A stretch of 43,554 nucleotides of DNA, from IMG/VR virus record IMGVR_UViG_3300017646_000004. One strand, given 5' to 3'. The first letter of the stretch is position 1; every line of letters begins with the position of its first letter. The notes beneath the pieces are model-generated. The model worked only from the letters and a program-made list of their open reading frames with translations, was not told where the DNA came from and searched no databases. Position numbers and translations under genes: made by a program. This document shows positions 27,041-35,368 of this stretch, one piece after another. The DNA is from a virus.

Positions 27041-27377
27041 TATCGTCCTCCACTACGGCCCTGAGATCCGTATCCGGCATGATGCGGTATTTGCGGCCAT
27101 CTTCTCCTTCGACCTCGCTGCCTGCGTATCGCTGGAAAAGAACTACGTCCCCGATCCGGGGAAGCTCATTGATCCCGGTCCAGTCGCCACCCTGAAAGGC
27201 CATGGGCGAGACCCCGACGAGCCGGCCTTTTTCGGAGGCGGCATCCTCGCGGTCCTTGTGGCGCTCGGGCAGGATCAATCCGCCGGCGGTGCGTTCCTCG
27301 AGAACCTCCACAGCCACCAGCACGTTGTATCCCATCGGCCGCAATCCCGGCCGGCACTCGTCAATCGTCGGTATCAT
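27030..27377 (-). CDS. GroES/Cpn10-like co-chaperonin
   Basis: LRPMGYNVLVAV..ERTAGGLILPE...EKGRLVGVSP...PRIGDVVLFQRYAGSEVEGEDGRKYRIMPDTDLRAVVE aligns by eye with E. coli GroES ([71 protein letters not shown]). Confidence 0.75.
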   Translation of the reverse strand: MIPTIDECRPGLRPMGYNVLVAVEVLEERTAGGLILPERHKDREDAASEKGRLVGVSPMAFQGGDWTGINELPRIGDVVLFQRYAGSEVEGEDGRKYRIMPDTDLRAVVEDDNAH

Positions 27378-27597
27378 CGAGACTTTCCCAATCCTCGAAC
27401 TTGGCTTCGGGTATTTCCAGATAGCAGTCAGCCCGCGTGCGAGCTTCGGCCAGGAACTCTTTGTCGAGATTGCCTTTCCATGCAGCATCGGCCCACAGGG
27501 CTTTCTGCGCTTCGGCATGGCGGCGCATGCGGTCCATGACCCACTCGGTCACGGGGTGCTGCAGCCAGTCGGCAAACATCTCTTCGGTGATCGGCAT
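27361..27597 (-). CDS. Hypothetical protein (78 aa) downstream of portal
   Basis: Track ORF. The start shares one base with the portal stop. Confidence 0.45.
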   Translation of the reverse strand: MPITEEMFADWLQHPVTEWVMDRMRRHAEAQKALWADAAWKGNLDKEFLAEARTRADCYLEIPEAKFEDWESLDDTDD

Positions 27598-29684
27598 CAG
27601 GCGTTCTCCGCCGCGCCATGCTCAAGGCCCTGGATCGCGGCGTGCGCCACTTCCTTGGCCTGCTCGAATTTCAGCTTCTCATCGTCCAGAACCGTGTCGG
27701 CACCGGCCTTCTGCGCCAGCGCGATGTTTCTGACCGCTTCGCTTTCCTTCTTCTTCGCATCGGCCACCAGATTGGCCAGCTGGGCCTCGTCGATCGGGCT
27801 TGGCGGCTGTGGCTGCGGCGCAGGCAGGATCTTCTCGATGTCCTCGATATCTGCCGCCTCGAACGCGCGGCGAAGGATTTCGCGGGGATCACCGCCGACT
27901 GCGGCAACCTGCTCGAACGTGCCCATCAGGAACTGCGCCCGACTGAGCCGCTGCATCTTCGTCACGCTGGTCGGATCGCTGACCGGCCGGATATCGAAGT
28001 CCGATGCGTTGAAATCAGCCTCGATATTCGCTTCTGGATCGTCCAGAAGCTCGACGTAATCCTTCTGCGCCTGCTCATCCGCATACTTGCCGATGTTGTT
28101 GAAAAGCAGCGTGAACTCGTCCTTGAATCCGCGATATACCCGCTTGTAGATCGCGGTGAACACCTGCAGGCCCTGTTCGATCATGGCGAGCGTCGTGCCC
28201 ACCTGCCCCGTGTTCTTCGCGTCTCCGGTCAGCACATCCTTGATGGAAGCAATCTGCTCCGCTGCGCCCAGGATCAGCTCAAGCAGCTGGAACATCACCG
28301 GCGAGAGATTGGGCAGCGTCCGCTCGAATATCCCATCGCGCATAACCGCGCCCTGGACATCGACCGTCTTGTATTCGCCGGGCCGGAAAATGAGCTTGGA
28401 ACTCTGGCCCCTGCCCTGGATCCTCAGGCCAGAGGCGATGAACCCGCCGCCTGCCGCAATCGCGCTGTTGGCGTCGATCATCTGGTTGATGATCGTGTTG
28501 ATGACCTGGCCATACTGATCCAGCAGATGGGCAAGCCCGATGGAATAGAACTTGCCCTCGGGATGGGGCAGGAACTCAACCTTGGTGTAGAACTTCCGCC
28601 GCTCGATATAGGCAAGGCCATCGCCAACGAGCTTGACCTGATCCGGGCCGAAGTCGGGCACCACACGCAGCAGCTGCTTCGACTTGTGATCGATCGTCAC
28701 GATATACGGTTCGGGAACGCCATCTCCATCCAGATCGAAGTGGCACTGCTGTTCGATCAGCATCCGGCAGTCATGTTCTTCGGGATCGAGGACGATCGGC
28801 CGGTATTTGCCCACGCGGATGTCGCGCAGGATATGGATCGGATAGACCCCGTGGATTTCCTCGGTGATCTGCGGCGCTTCCTCCAACGACCGGGCGTCAT
28901 TGTTCACCACCAGATTCAGCGCCGGTATGAAGCACGATTTATGCTCCCTGCTGTAATACCAGGTCTTCCGGAAGGCACAGCCCACGGCAGGCAGCTGGAA
29001 CAGCATGGAATCCGTGTCCGCCTCCCACCCGTCCATGCGGTAGAAGATCGTGGTGTTCATGTAGTCGCGGACACGGGCCGCGCGCTTGGCCTTGGCTCCC
29101 GGCGGCCTCTGCCATGCGGGCTCGGGCTGGGCTCCCTGCGGCAAGGGCTGCATGCCCTGCGGCGTGACCACCATCGGACCCTGCTGCGTCATCGCTACCG
29201 GCATACCGCCCAGCACAAACACAGGCTGGCCGTTCTGGTCCATCACCGGCATGCCATTGTCGCTGCCCACGACCTTGACCGATACCGCCTCGTCGCCCTT
29301 CACAAGGGCCGGATAGGCACGGGCGTTGAACTGCATCACCGCATAGGGCAGCAGCGGATAGTGGACGTTCGAAGCACGTGGCCACGGGAAGTTCTTCTCC
29401 CCCCAATCGCACTTGGCCATGTCTTCCAAGGCGCGCTTGGCCACCGTCTCCCAATCGGTGCGGGAGCGCTTGTCCTCCTCGTAGTTCTCGATGACCTCGT
29501 CGGTCAGCCTGGCAAGGACAGTGTCCTCCACCAGATCAGAGATATCGCCCTCAGCCTCGGCGAACTGCATCAGCACAGCAAGCGCATCCAGAGTGGACAC
29601 GGCCTCAAGCTGCTCTTCTTCGGGCGAGGATATAGTGGCGACGAACTCGGGCGTTTCAGGATCGACTATGGGAGCTGATGCCAT
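27597..29684 (-). CDS. Portal protein
   Basis: 695-aa ORF immediately downstream of terL. Its size and position fit a P22-class portal. No independent motif check was possible. Confidence 0.75.
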   Translation of the reverse strand: MASAPIVDPETPEFVATISSPEEEQLEAVSTLDALAVLMQFAEAEGDISDLVEDTVLARLTDEVIENYEEDKRSRTDWETVAKRALEDMAKCDWGEKNFPWPRASNVHYPLLPYAVMQFNARAYPALVKGDEAVSVKVVGSDNGMPVMDQNGQPVFVLGGMPVAMTQQGPMVVTPQGMQPLPQGAQPEPAWQRPPGAKAKRAARVRDYMNTTIFYRMDGWEADTDSMLFQLPAVGCAFRKTWYYSREHKSCFIPALNLVVNNDARSLEEAPQITEEIHGVYPIHILRDIRVGKYRPIVLDPEEHDCRMLIEQQCHFDLDGDGVPEPYIVTIDHKSKQLLRVVPDFGPDQVKLVGDGLAYIERRKFYTKVEFLPHPEGKFYSIGLAHLLDQYGQVINTIINQMIDANSAIAAGGGFIASGLRIQGRGQSSKLIFRPGEYKTVDVQGAVMRDGIFERTLPNLSPVMFQLLELILGAAEQIASIKDVLTGDAKNTGQVGTTLAMIEQGLQVFTAIYKRVYRGFKDEFTLLFNNIGKYADEQAQKDYVELLDDPEANIEADFNASDFDIRPVSDPTSVTKMQRLSRAQFLMGTFEQVAAVGGDPREILRRAFEAADIEDIEKILPAPQPQPPSPIDEAQLANLVADAKKKESEAVRNIALAQKAGADTVLDDEKLKFEQAKEVAHAAIQGLEHGAAENA

Positions 29685-29686
29685 CG

Positions 29687-30976
29687 CTAATATCCTGTCG
29701 CCTCGTTGACATCGTCGTAAGATGAGTAGTCATCCTCATCTCGCGGGTATTCCGGCTCTTCGTAGAACACGCACATGAGTCCAAATGCATCGGCACCGTG
29801 ACTTGCCCAATCGTGTTCGGGCCCCAGTCCGATATTGCGCGTTTCGTCGATCTTTTCGTGATACCAGCCCAGCGCGGTCAGCCCGGCCTCGCACTTGCCT
29901 GCGTCGAACCACATGCGCGGGAACAGCCTGCGCCCCGCCTCGATCCGCTTGAGCGCCGCGCCCTTGCCCTGGTTCTTAACCGTCCTGACCTGAAACCCGG
30001 CCTGCCTGATATGGTCCTCGAACCGCACGGCACTGACCGCATCGTGTTGGGCCGCGTCATGCGGCAGGACACATATGGCCGTCCCATAGCCCTTGGACCG
30101 CAGCCATTCGAGATGCGCAGCCAGCGGTTGCCTGGTGGCCTCGTAGTAATCGACGACCTTGATCTGCTGGCCGACGAACTGGCAGATCCAGATCGCGGTC
30201 GCATCCCGGACGCCGATGTCCCAGAACGCCCAATACTGCATCAGCGGATCGGCCGGCAAGATCCCGACGCGACCATCCAGCTTCGCCTGGGCGATATGGC
30301 GGGCGTAGTATGCCCCGTCGCTTACCGTGACGTAGCCACCTTCCCAGATGTGGTCATACTGGTCAGGCTGCTGGCGAAGGCAGTCTTGCCGCTCCTGCTC
30401 CAACTCGGCGGGGAACCAAGGATTGTCATTCCAGTTGGCGGTGACCAGAACCGAGCCGGTCGGCCTCGCATCGCCACAGAACATCTTGTCCACTGCGTCG
30501 CTCTTGAGGCGCGGATTCCAAGTGAACCACAGTTCCGAGCCCGGCGCGCGGATAGTCGGACGCAGGAGATTGAGGCTGCGGGAGGAAAGCGTCTGAGCTT
30601 CTTCCACCCAAGCCCGCTTGAAGCCCTCCAGAGACTTGATGCTCTCCGCCGTGTGGTCCTGCATCCCCTGGAAGATGATGACCCCATCTCCGGGCGTTTG
30701 GATGCGATCGGTGAACACCTTGAAGCCATCGGCCTCGCCCAAGCCGAACTCAGTCAGCTTGGCCTCCAGCAGGCGCTTGGCGGAGTCTTTCAGGCTCTTC
30801 TGGATCTCGCGGATGCAGACCGAAAGAAGCCCGCGCTCATACAGGCTGTCATCGATCAGCGCCCCGGCGCGATCATGCGACTTACCGGAGCCGCGCCCTC
30901 CCTTTACCCCCTTGTATCGTGCTGGTTGATAGAGTGGCTTGAATACCTCAGCCGTTGGTATTCGAAGGGCTGACAT
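29687..30976 (-). CDS. terL: Terminase large subunit
   Basis: Walker A GGRGSGKS, WVEEAQ (Walker B-like), and C-terminal nuclease-like HDWASHGADAF. Confidence 0.9.
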   Translation of the reverse strand: MSALRIPTAEVFKPLYQPARYKGVKGGRGSGKSHDRAGALIDDSLYERGLLSVCIREIQKSLKDSAKRLLEAKLTEFGLGEADGFKVFTDRIQTPGDGVIIFQGMQDHTAESIKSLEGFKRAWVEEAQTLSSRSLNLLRPTIRAPGSELWFTWNPRLKSDAVDKMFCGDARPTGSVLVTANWNDNPWFPAELEQERQDCLRQQPDQYDHIWEGGYVTVSDGAYYARHIAQAKLDGRVGILPADPLMQYWAFWDIGVRDATAIWICQFVGQQIKVVDYYEATRQPLAAHLEWLRSKGYGTAICVLPHDAAQHDAVSAVRFEDHIRQAGFQVRTVKNQGKGAALKRIEAGRRLFPRMWFDAGKCEAGLTALGWYHEKIDETRNIGLGPEHDWASHGADAFGLMCVFYEEPEYPRDEDDYSSYDDVNEATGY

Positions 30977-31316
30977 ACTCGCGCACGATTTTGTGCAGAT
31001 GCTCGCCGTCCTTGCCCGGGCCGCTCACCTGCAGCGGGAGCAGCTTCGGGTAGATCGTGGACCAGAAGGCGTATTCGTTCTTCTCGCTCTCCCGAGCCCA
31101 GGCGACGAGACGTTCGGCGCCGCCAAGCTCTTCGGCGGCGAGCGCGATTGCATCCTTGGCCGCCTGAGTGGTCTTGTTCTTGACCCCTTTCGGCCGCCCC
31201 CTGCCCTTCTGGGCTTCGAATGCCGTATTCGATCCGTTTTTTTCGGCCATCACAGCAACCTGTTTGCGAGACACACGACTAGTGCGCGTTCGATGGTCAT
31301 GGGGCTTGTTCCTCAT
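30948..31316 (-). CDS. Terminase small subunit candidate
   Basis: Basic N-terminus with GRGRPKGVKNK. It sits directly upstream of, and overlaps, terL. Alternative start at 31250. Confidence 0.45.
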   Translation of the reverse strand: MRNKPHDHRTRTSRVSRKQVAVMAEKNGSNTAFEAQKGRGRPKGVKNKTTQAAKDAIALAAEELGGAERLVAWARESEKNEYAFWSTIYPKLLPLQVSGPGKDGEHLHKIVREYVSPSNTNG

Positions 31317-31500
31317 GATGAAGGAAACCGATGGGGTCTTTCACCCGCCAGATGGAATTGCCGTCGCTATCGACCAAGCCAGTGTTGATTGGTCCGCTCT
31401 CGGTTACGTCGATGTTGGTAAGCAGCGGACCTTCGTTCCATCCGTCGCATTCCATGTTGGAGCGAACCATGGATGAGCCGCGGATCACGTAGCGAGGCAT
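31297..31500 (-). CDS. Hypothetical protein, first gene after the terminator
   Basis: RBS GGAGG 5 nt upstream of ATG 31500. Confidence 0.45.
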   Translation of the reverse strand: MPRYVIRGSSMVRSNMECDGWNEGPLLTNIDVTESGPINTGLVDSDGNSIWRVKDPIGFLHHEEQAP

Positions 31501-31510
31501 ACGAACCTCC

Positions 31511-31545
31511 AAACGCAAAAAGGCCCGTCGCTATGACGAGCCTTT
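31511..31545 (-). terminator. Rho-independent terminator
   Basis: Minus-strand RNA AAAGGCUCGUC-AUAGC-GACGGGCCUUUUUGCGUUU: a 10-bp stem with one mismatch, then a U tract. It abuts the RBS of the next gene. Confidence 0.65.
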
Positions 31546-31575
31546 CAGGCGCAGTGCGCCATCGTTAATTTCTCA

Positions 31576-32196
31576 TCAACTAACTTCGGGTGCCTCTAAT
31601 ACATACGCTCGCTCTTGGCGGCGTCTTGAATAGAGGCTGTTCACACGAGCGGTAAGATTGTTCATTGCCATCGCGCTATCTGAAATAAGCACATCGGCGT
31701 GACGCGCCGCCTTAATGGCAAGTTCAAGCACCTCGCTGGCGTCTGTGGCTAGCCATTCTCCACGAACATGGATCCCCATTTCGCGAGCCGCTCTTAAGAC
31801 CAACCTTTCAATTTTCTCCGCATCTGGGCACTTTTCGGTCCAGACCAATCCGCCGATTTTTAGCTCTGCGTAATGCGCATTCTGCAAATGCGCTCTGCGA
31901 CGCAGGGGAATCGCTGAAATGCCAACCTTGCAGAAGCCTTCCCCCACGGCCTCTATTGCATAGACCGATGTCGATGCCTTGGATTGGTTGGAATCGAATA
32001 TCTCGGCCATTAGGCCCGCCATTTTGGCGTTCGGCTCAGCCTGCCTACAGAGGCTCACCTGCGGGGCTATAGCACACCGAGGATTAAAGAATTTCTGATT
32101 GCATTCTATAGGATATGCATGTGGGTTGGGGCGAAATTTGCGCACGACCTGAGTATATGCACAATTCTCCATCACGATTTCCTGACATGAACACAT
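31576..32196 (-). CDS. T5orf172 (GIY-YIG-superfamily) domain protein
   Basis: VYAIEAVGEGFCKVGISAIPLRRRAHLQ...ERLVLRAAREMGIHVRGEWL fits T5orf172. Clearly AT-richer codon usage, with its own terminator. Confidence 0.65.
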   Translation of the reverse strand: MCSCQEIVMENCAYTQVVRKFRPNPHAYPIECNQKFFNPRCAIAPQVSLCRQAEPNAKMAGLMAEIFDSNQSKASTSVYAIEAVGEGFCKVGISAIPLRRRAHLQNAHYAELKIGGLVWTEKCPDAEKIERLVLRAAREMGIHVRGEWLATDASEVLELAIKAARHADVLISDSAMAMNNLTARVNSLYSRRRQERAYVLEAPEVS

Positions 32197-32209
32197 TTTT
32201 CAGGCATGG

Positions 32210-32758
32210 TCAAGCGGTCAACTGTTTCAGCACGTGGATAGCCAGATCGAGCCGGGTCTGATCCATCGGCTCTACGACCATGGCCTTGCTGCGCTGGGCG
32301 AAGCAGAGGCGATCGATCCAGTCGGGGCCGCAATCGGGATTGATGTCGATCACCAGTTGATAGAACGGCTTGCGGTAGCGTGCGCCCTGGCTACGGACGA
32401 AATCCAGCGTTTCATTCAGCCACTCCTCGCGGCGCTTTGCCTTCGCGCTGTCCATGCTGATCACGCTGCCCGAGGTCTTGTCCCCGATGGCACATGTGAT
32501 CCGCCCATGGGTGTAGGTGGCCCAATAGGCTGCGAAGATTGAGCGCGCCATGTCCAGCATCGCCTTGGCTTCGTTGCCCTCCCCCAGAAGCCCCGAACGG
32601 TATGCGCGGCCGATCGCATCGCATCCGTCCTGTCCGTAGAGCGTCTGCATCAGCTGGGCGTGATCGCTGCCCTTGACGCGCCGGCCGATACCGACACGCG
32701 AGAGGCGGCCGTTCTTCTCCCGCTTCCCCTGTTTTCTCTTTCTGCCTTTGGTGGACAT
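32210..32758 (-). CDS. Hypothetical protein (182 aa, basic N-terminus)
   Basis: Start MSTKGRKRKQGK shares one base with the helicase stop. Confidence 0.5.
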   Translation of the reverse strand: MSTKGRKRKQGKREKNGRLSRVGIGRRVKGSDHAQLMQTLYGQDGCDAIGRAYRSGLLGEGNEAKAMLDMARSIFAAYWATYTHGRITCAIGDKTSGSVISMDSAKAKRREEWLNETLDFVRSQGARYRKPFYQLVIDINPDCGPDWIDRLCFAQRSKAMVVEPMDQTRLDLAIHVLKQLTA

Positions 32759-35271
32759 CAGGCGACCTCTTGGAACGTGCTGGTGCGGTAATCGAACATC
32801 ACTTCCACCTCGTCGCGCCGGCCGGGGTATCCTTGCCTCACCTTGCACACGGTGATCTTGGCGCGGTTCTCCTTGAAGTTCGGGCGGTGATAGCTGAGGC
32901 CGTAGTCGGCCTTGTTGGCCCAGTTTGCTGAATTGCCGGAAACGGAAGCCTTGCCATTTCGCCTTGTGACATAAGCCCCGGTCGGAACGGTTAGGCACCA
33001 CACATCGCCCGAATATGGCACCTTGCTAAGCGAACGGTAGGTCCGGACAGCAGCTTCGCGCCGCCCTTCGCTCCCGAATGACAGCATCCAAGAGGGCGCG
33101 TGACGCTCGCTTTGCGATGCCCTTTCATGCCAGCAGCAACTAATTCCGAGCTCAATTGCCATCCGCTGCAACTGGTCGCGCAAGGTGGCGCTGGTCGTGG
33201 TCGCAGAATAGGTCCCATTCGTCCTTAGGTGGCCGTCTCCATCCAGATAAGCCGAGAGGAACGCCCGCTTGAGTTCAGGCGTCCCCGCCATAATCGGCTC
33301 AGGGATTCGCTTGTTCGCAGAGCCCTTTCCGCAATGCTCGCGAAGCCACGCCACCACTTCGCGAGCGCCGCGCACCCCGATGTAGTAGGAATTGCCAGGC
33401 AGCTTGCCGCCCTTTCCGCCGGGAGCGCTGCGCGTCACCGTGAACGGCACTTCCATCGCGGTCAAAAGCGCCTCGATCTTGTGCGCGCCATCGGTGTCTG
33501 CCGCCTGGGCGATGCTGACCCCGGAACTCTGCCAGCAACCTTCGGAAACGAACCAGCCCGCCAGCTTTGCCAGCAACGGACTAATTTCATCCGCGCCCGC
33601 GTCCTGCAAAGGCGCAGCAATCGGAATGGCGAATGGTGCCGAAGGCAGATCCTGCGCCTCGCAAAAGCTCCACTTGTCCTTTTCCCACCGGACAGGCCGA
33701 CCAATGCCAGTTTCAGCCTGCGTTCCGGTCGGATCAGCCCACTTCGGCTTTACGAGCATCCGGTGATCCGGCGTCACGCACTGGTCGAAACCGTATCCCT
33801 TGAAGCGGTAAAGGTCGCCTACAAAGGGCTTGCGGATTATCCGGCTCGGCTTCTGGTAGGTGAGGCCGCTAGTCTCGGGGTCGAAGCATCCGATTTCGTC
33901 ATCATAGGTTAGCGCGTCGTGACGCAGCCAGCCCCGCTTGGTGAGGACCTCGGTATCTTCCGAATGGCACCCGCTTATGTCGTAGAGCCCCGGCACACTC
34001 TTGCTGCCCTGCTGGGGCTTCGTCGGATGAGCGACCACCCAAAAGGCGACGTCATACTGCTTGGCGAAGCGCTTGATGGCTCGGATGGCGCGGCCGATGT
34101 AGTCGGTCTCGGTCTCGTCTCTCCGCCGCTTGTGTTCCAGCTCGTTCCATGGATCGAGAATGATCATCTTCGCACCGTGCCGTGTGACTGCAACGCGGCA
34201 CAGATCGAGGAAGGTATCGAGGTCCAGCTCGGTATCCTCGTCCACCGTCTGCGAGATCACGGTGAGCCGCTCCCGGATGCATTCATCAGCCGCCTTGCGC
34301 TTCGGGTGACTGGCCAGCTCGTGCTTCGCGCATTGCAAGATCGCCAAGCGAAGCCCGTCGTGCAGGATCGGCTTCACGTCCGTCTCGAAGCTCGCCACGC
34401 AAACCGGGAAATGATGGACCATGGTGTGCCCGATGATGGCGTTCATGAGCGTGGATTTGCCCATGTTGGCATAGCCGGTCAGCACCGTGAGCGTCCCCGG
34501 AACAACCCGGATCATTTCCTCGATTGGCGATACCCCGACCGAGTAGCTCCTGACTTCACCGCGCTCGGGGAAATCGTCGATGGTGTAGATGCCCTGCACC
34601 GGATAGGGCTTGGCCGTGCTGATGCACTCCGCCACGCGCTGAGGGCCGTATTCCTTGAGAACCTCGTTCAGGTCCTTGCACGGGAAGGGATACTCGACAA
34701 ACCGGCAGCGATCGGCTCCGAACAATGCCGCCATGTCGGCTCGGAGGTAGTGGCCCGCCGGATCATCGTCGGCCGCCAGAATGAACTCCCTGACCCCCTT
34801 CAAGGTCTCCAGATGGCGATCAACCCACTCGTAGCGCTTCGCCTGGTCAAGGTCGGCAGTCACGGCGGAGGGCGCGCCGTTCGGAACCGAGACGGTGTAG
34901 GGAAACCCCGACTGGATCGCCGCCAGCGCATCCCACTCCCCCTCCGTGATAACGACAGGCATCTGCCCGTTGCGAACCTTGGGGTCGCTCAGGCAATCCA
35001 CGTTCCACAGCGAGAGCGGAGCGCCGCTGTCCATGCGATGCTGCTTCTCGCTCGTGAGCCGATACTTGTGGTTGATGACCTCGCCAGCCTCCACGTAGGG
35101 AACCGCCAGCCAGTTGCCCTTGCTGTCCCGCACGGTCTCTAAGCCGAGCCGTTCTGCCAGCTCCGGATCCAGCCCCCTCGCCGTGAGCCAATCCCTGTGC
35201 CGTTCGTGAAGTGTCATTGTCCGATCCAGTCCATCCGCAATTGTGGCAGTAGGCCACCCATCCTCGCTCAT
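32758..35271 (-). CDS. T7 gp4-like primase-helicase (TOPRIM plus RecA-type helicase) interrupted by an intein
   Basis: TOPRIM motifs VVITEGEWDALAA and ILAADDDPAG. Walker A GYANMGKST and Walker B MIILDPWNE. Helicase motif YDISG/SANWANKAD is split by 346 aa. Confidence 0.85.
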   Translation of the reverse strand: MSEDGWPTATIADGLDRTMTLHERHRDWLTARGLDPELAERLGLETVRDSKGNWLAVPYVEAGEVINHKYRLTSEKQHRMDSGAPLSLWNVDCLSDPKVRNGQMPVVITEGEWDALAAIQSGFPYTVSVPNGAPSAVTADLDQAKRYEWVDRHLETLKGVREFILAADDDPAGHYLRADMAALFGADRCRFVEYPFPCKDLNEVLKEYGPQRVAECISTAKPYPVQGIYTIDDFPERGEVRSYSVGVSPIEEMIRVVPGTLTVLTGYANMGKSTLMNAIIGHTMVHHFPVCVASFETDVKPILHDGLRLAILQCAKHELASHPKRKAADECIRERLTVISQTVDEDTELDLDTFLDLCRVAVTRHGAKMIILDPWNELEHKRRRDETETDYIGRAIRAIKRFAKQYDVAFWVVAHPTKPQQGSKSVPGLYDISGCHSEDTEVLTKRGWLRHDALTYDDEIGCFDPETSGLTYQKPSRIIRKPFVGDLYRFKGYGFDQCVTPDHRMLVKPKWADPTGTQAETGIGRPVRWEKDKWSFCEAQDLPSAPFAIPIAAPLQDAGADEISPLLAKLAGWFVSEGCWQSSGVSIAQAADTDGAHKIEALLTAMEVPFTVTRSAPGGKGGKLPGNSYYIGVRGAREVVAWLREHCGKGSANKRIPEPIMAGTPELKRAFLSAYLDGDGHLRTNGTYSATTTSATLRDQLQRMAIELGISCCWHERASQSERHAPSWMLSFGSEGRREAAVRTYRSLSKVPYSGDVWCLTVPTGAYVTRRNGKASVSGNSANWANKADYGLSYHRPNFKENRAKITVCKVRQGYPGRRDEVEVMFDYRTSTFQEVA
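32932..33969 (-). mobile_element. Intein (346 aa) with a LAGLIDADG homing-endonuclease domain
   Basis: Starts CHSEDTEVLTKRGW (Cys1). Block B is VTPDHRMLV. LAGLIDADG motifs are LAGWFVSEG and LSAYLDGDGH. Ends VWCLTVPTGAYVTRRNGKASVSGN, followed by Ser+1. Confidence 0.85.
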
Positions 35272-35368
35272 CCCTCGTCACGCTGAGGCAGCGGTCCCGC
35301 TTGTTCTTCCGCCGGTGGCTGCATTCGGGACAGAGATGCTTGCCGGGCTTGTGGGGAAAGGTCAGCAT
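35231..35368 (-). CDS. Primase zinc-ribbon segment, in a different frame from the primase-helicase body
   Basis: MLTFPHKPGKHLCPECSHRRKNKRDRCLSVTRDERGWVAYCHNCGW (CxxC-24-CxxC). The ATG is coupled to the upstream stop. The frame is offset by one from ORF 32758..35271. Confidence 0.6.

Noticed and set aside
27618-29678. Very long antisense ORFs: 686 aa opposite portal, 391 aa opposite terL (29798..30973), 407 aa opposite the helicase (33919..35142), 421 aa at 18324..19589 and 402 aa at 24634..25842.
   Set aside because: These are shadow ORFs typical of high-GC DNA. Their translations are Arg/Gly/Pro/Leu-rich without motifs, while the opposite strand carries clear family signatures.
34847-35230. 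Remainder of track ORF 34847..35554 after the zinc ribbon.
   Set aside because: Beyond CHNCGW the translation becomes low-complexity (Gly/Ala/Arg). It overlaps the well-supported TOPRIM frame.
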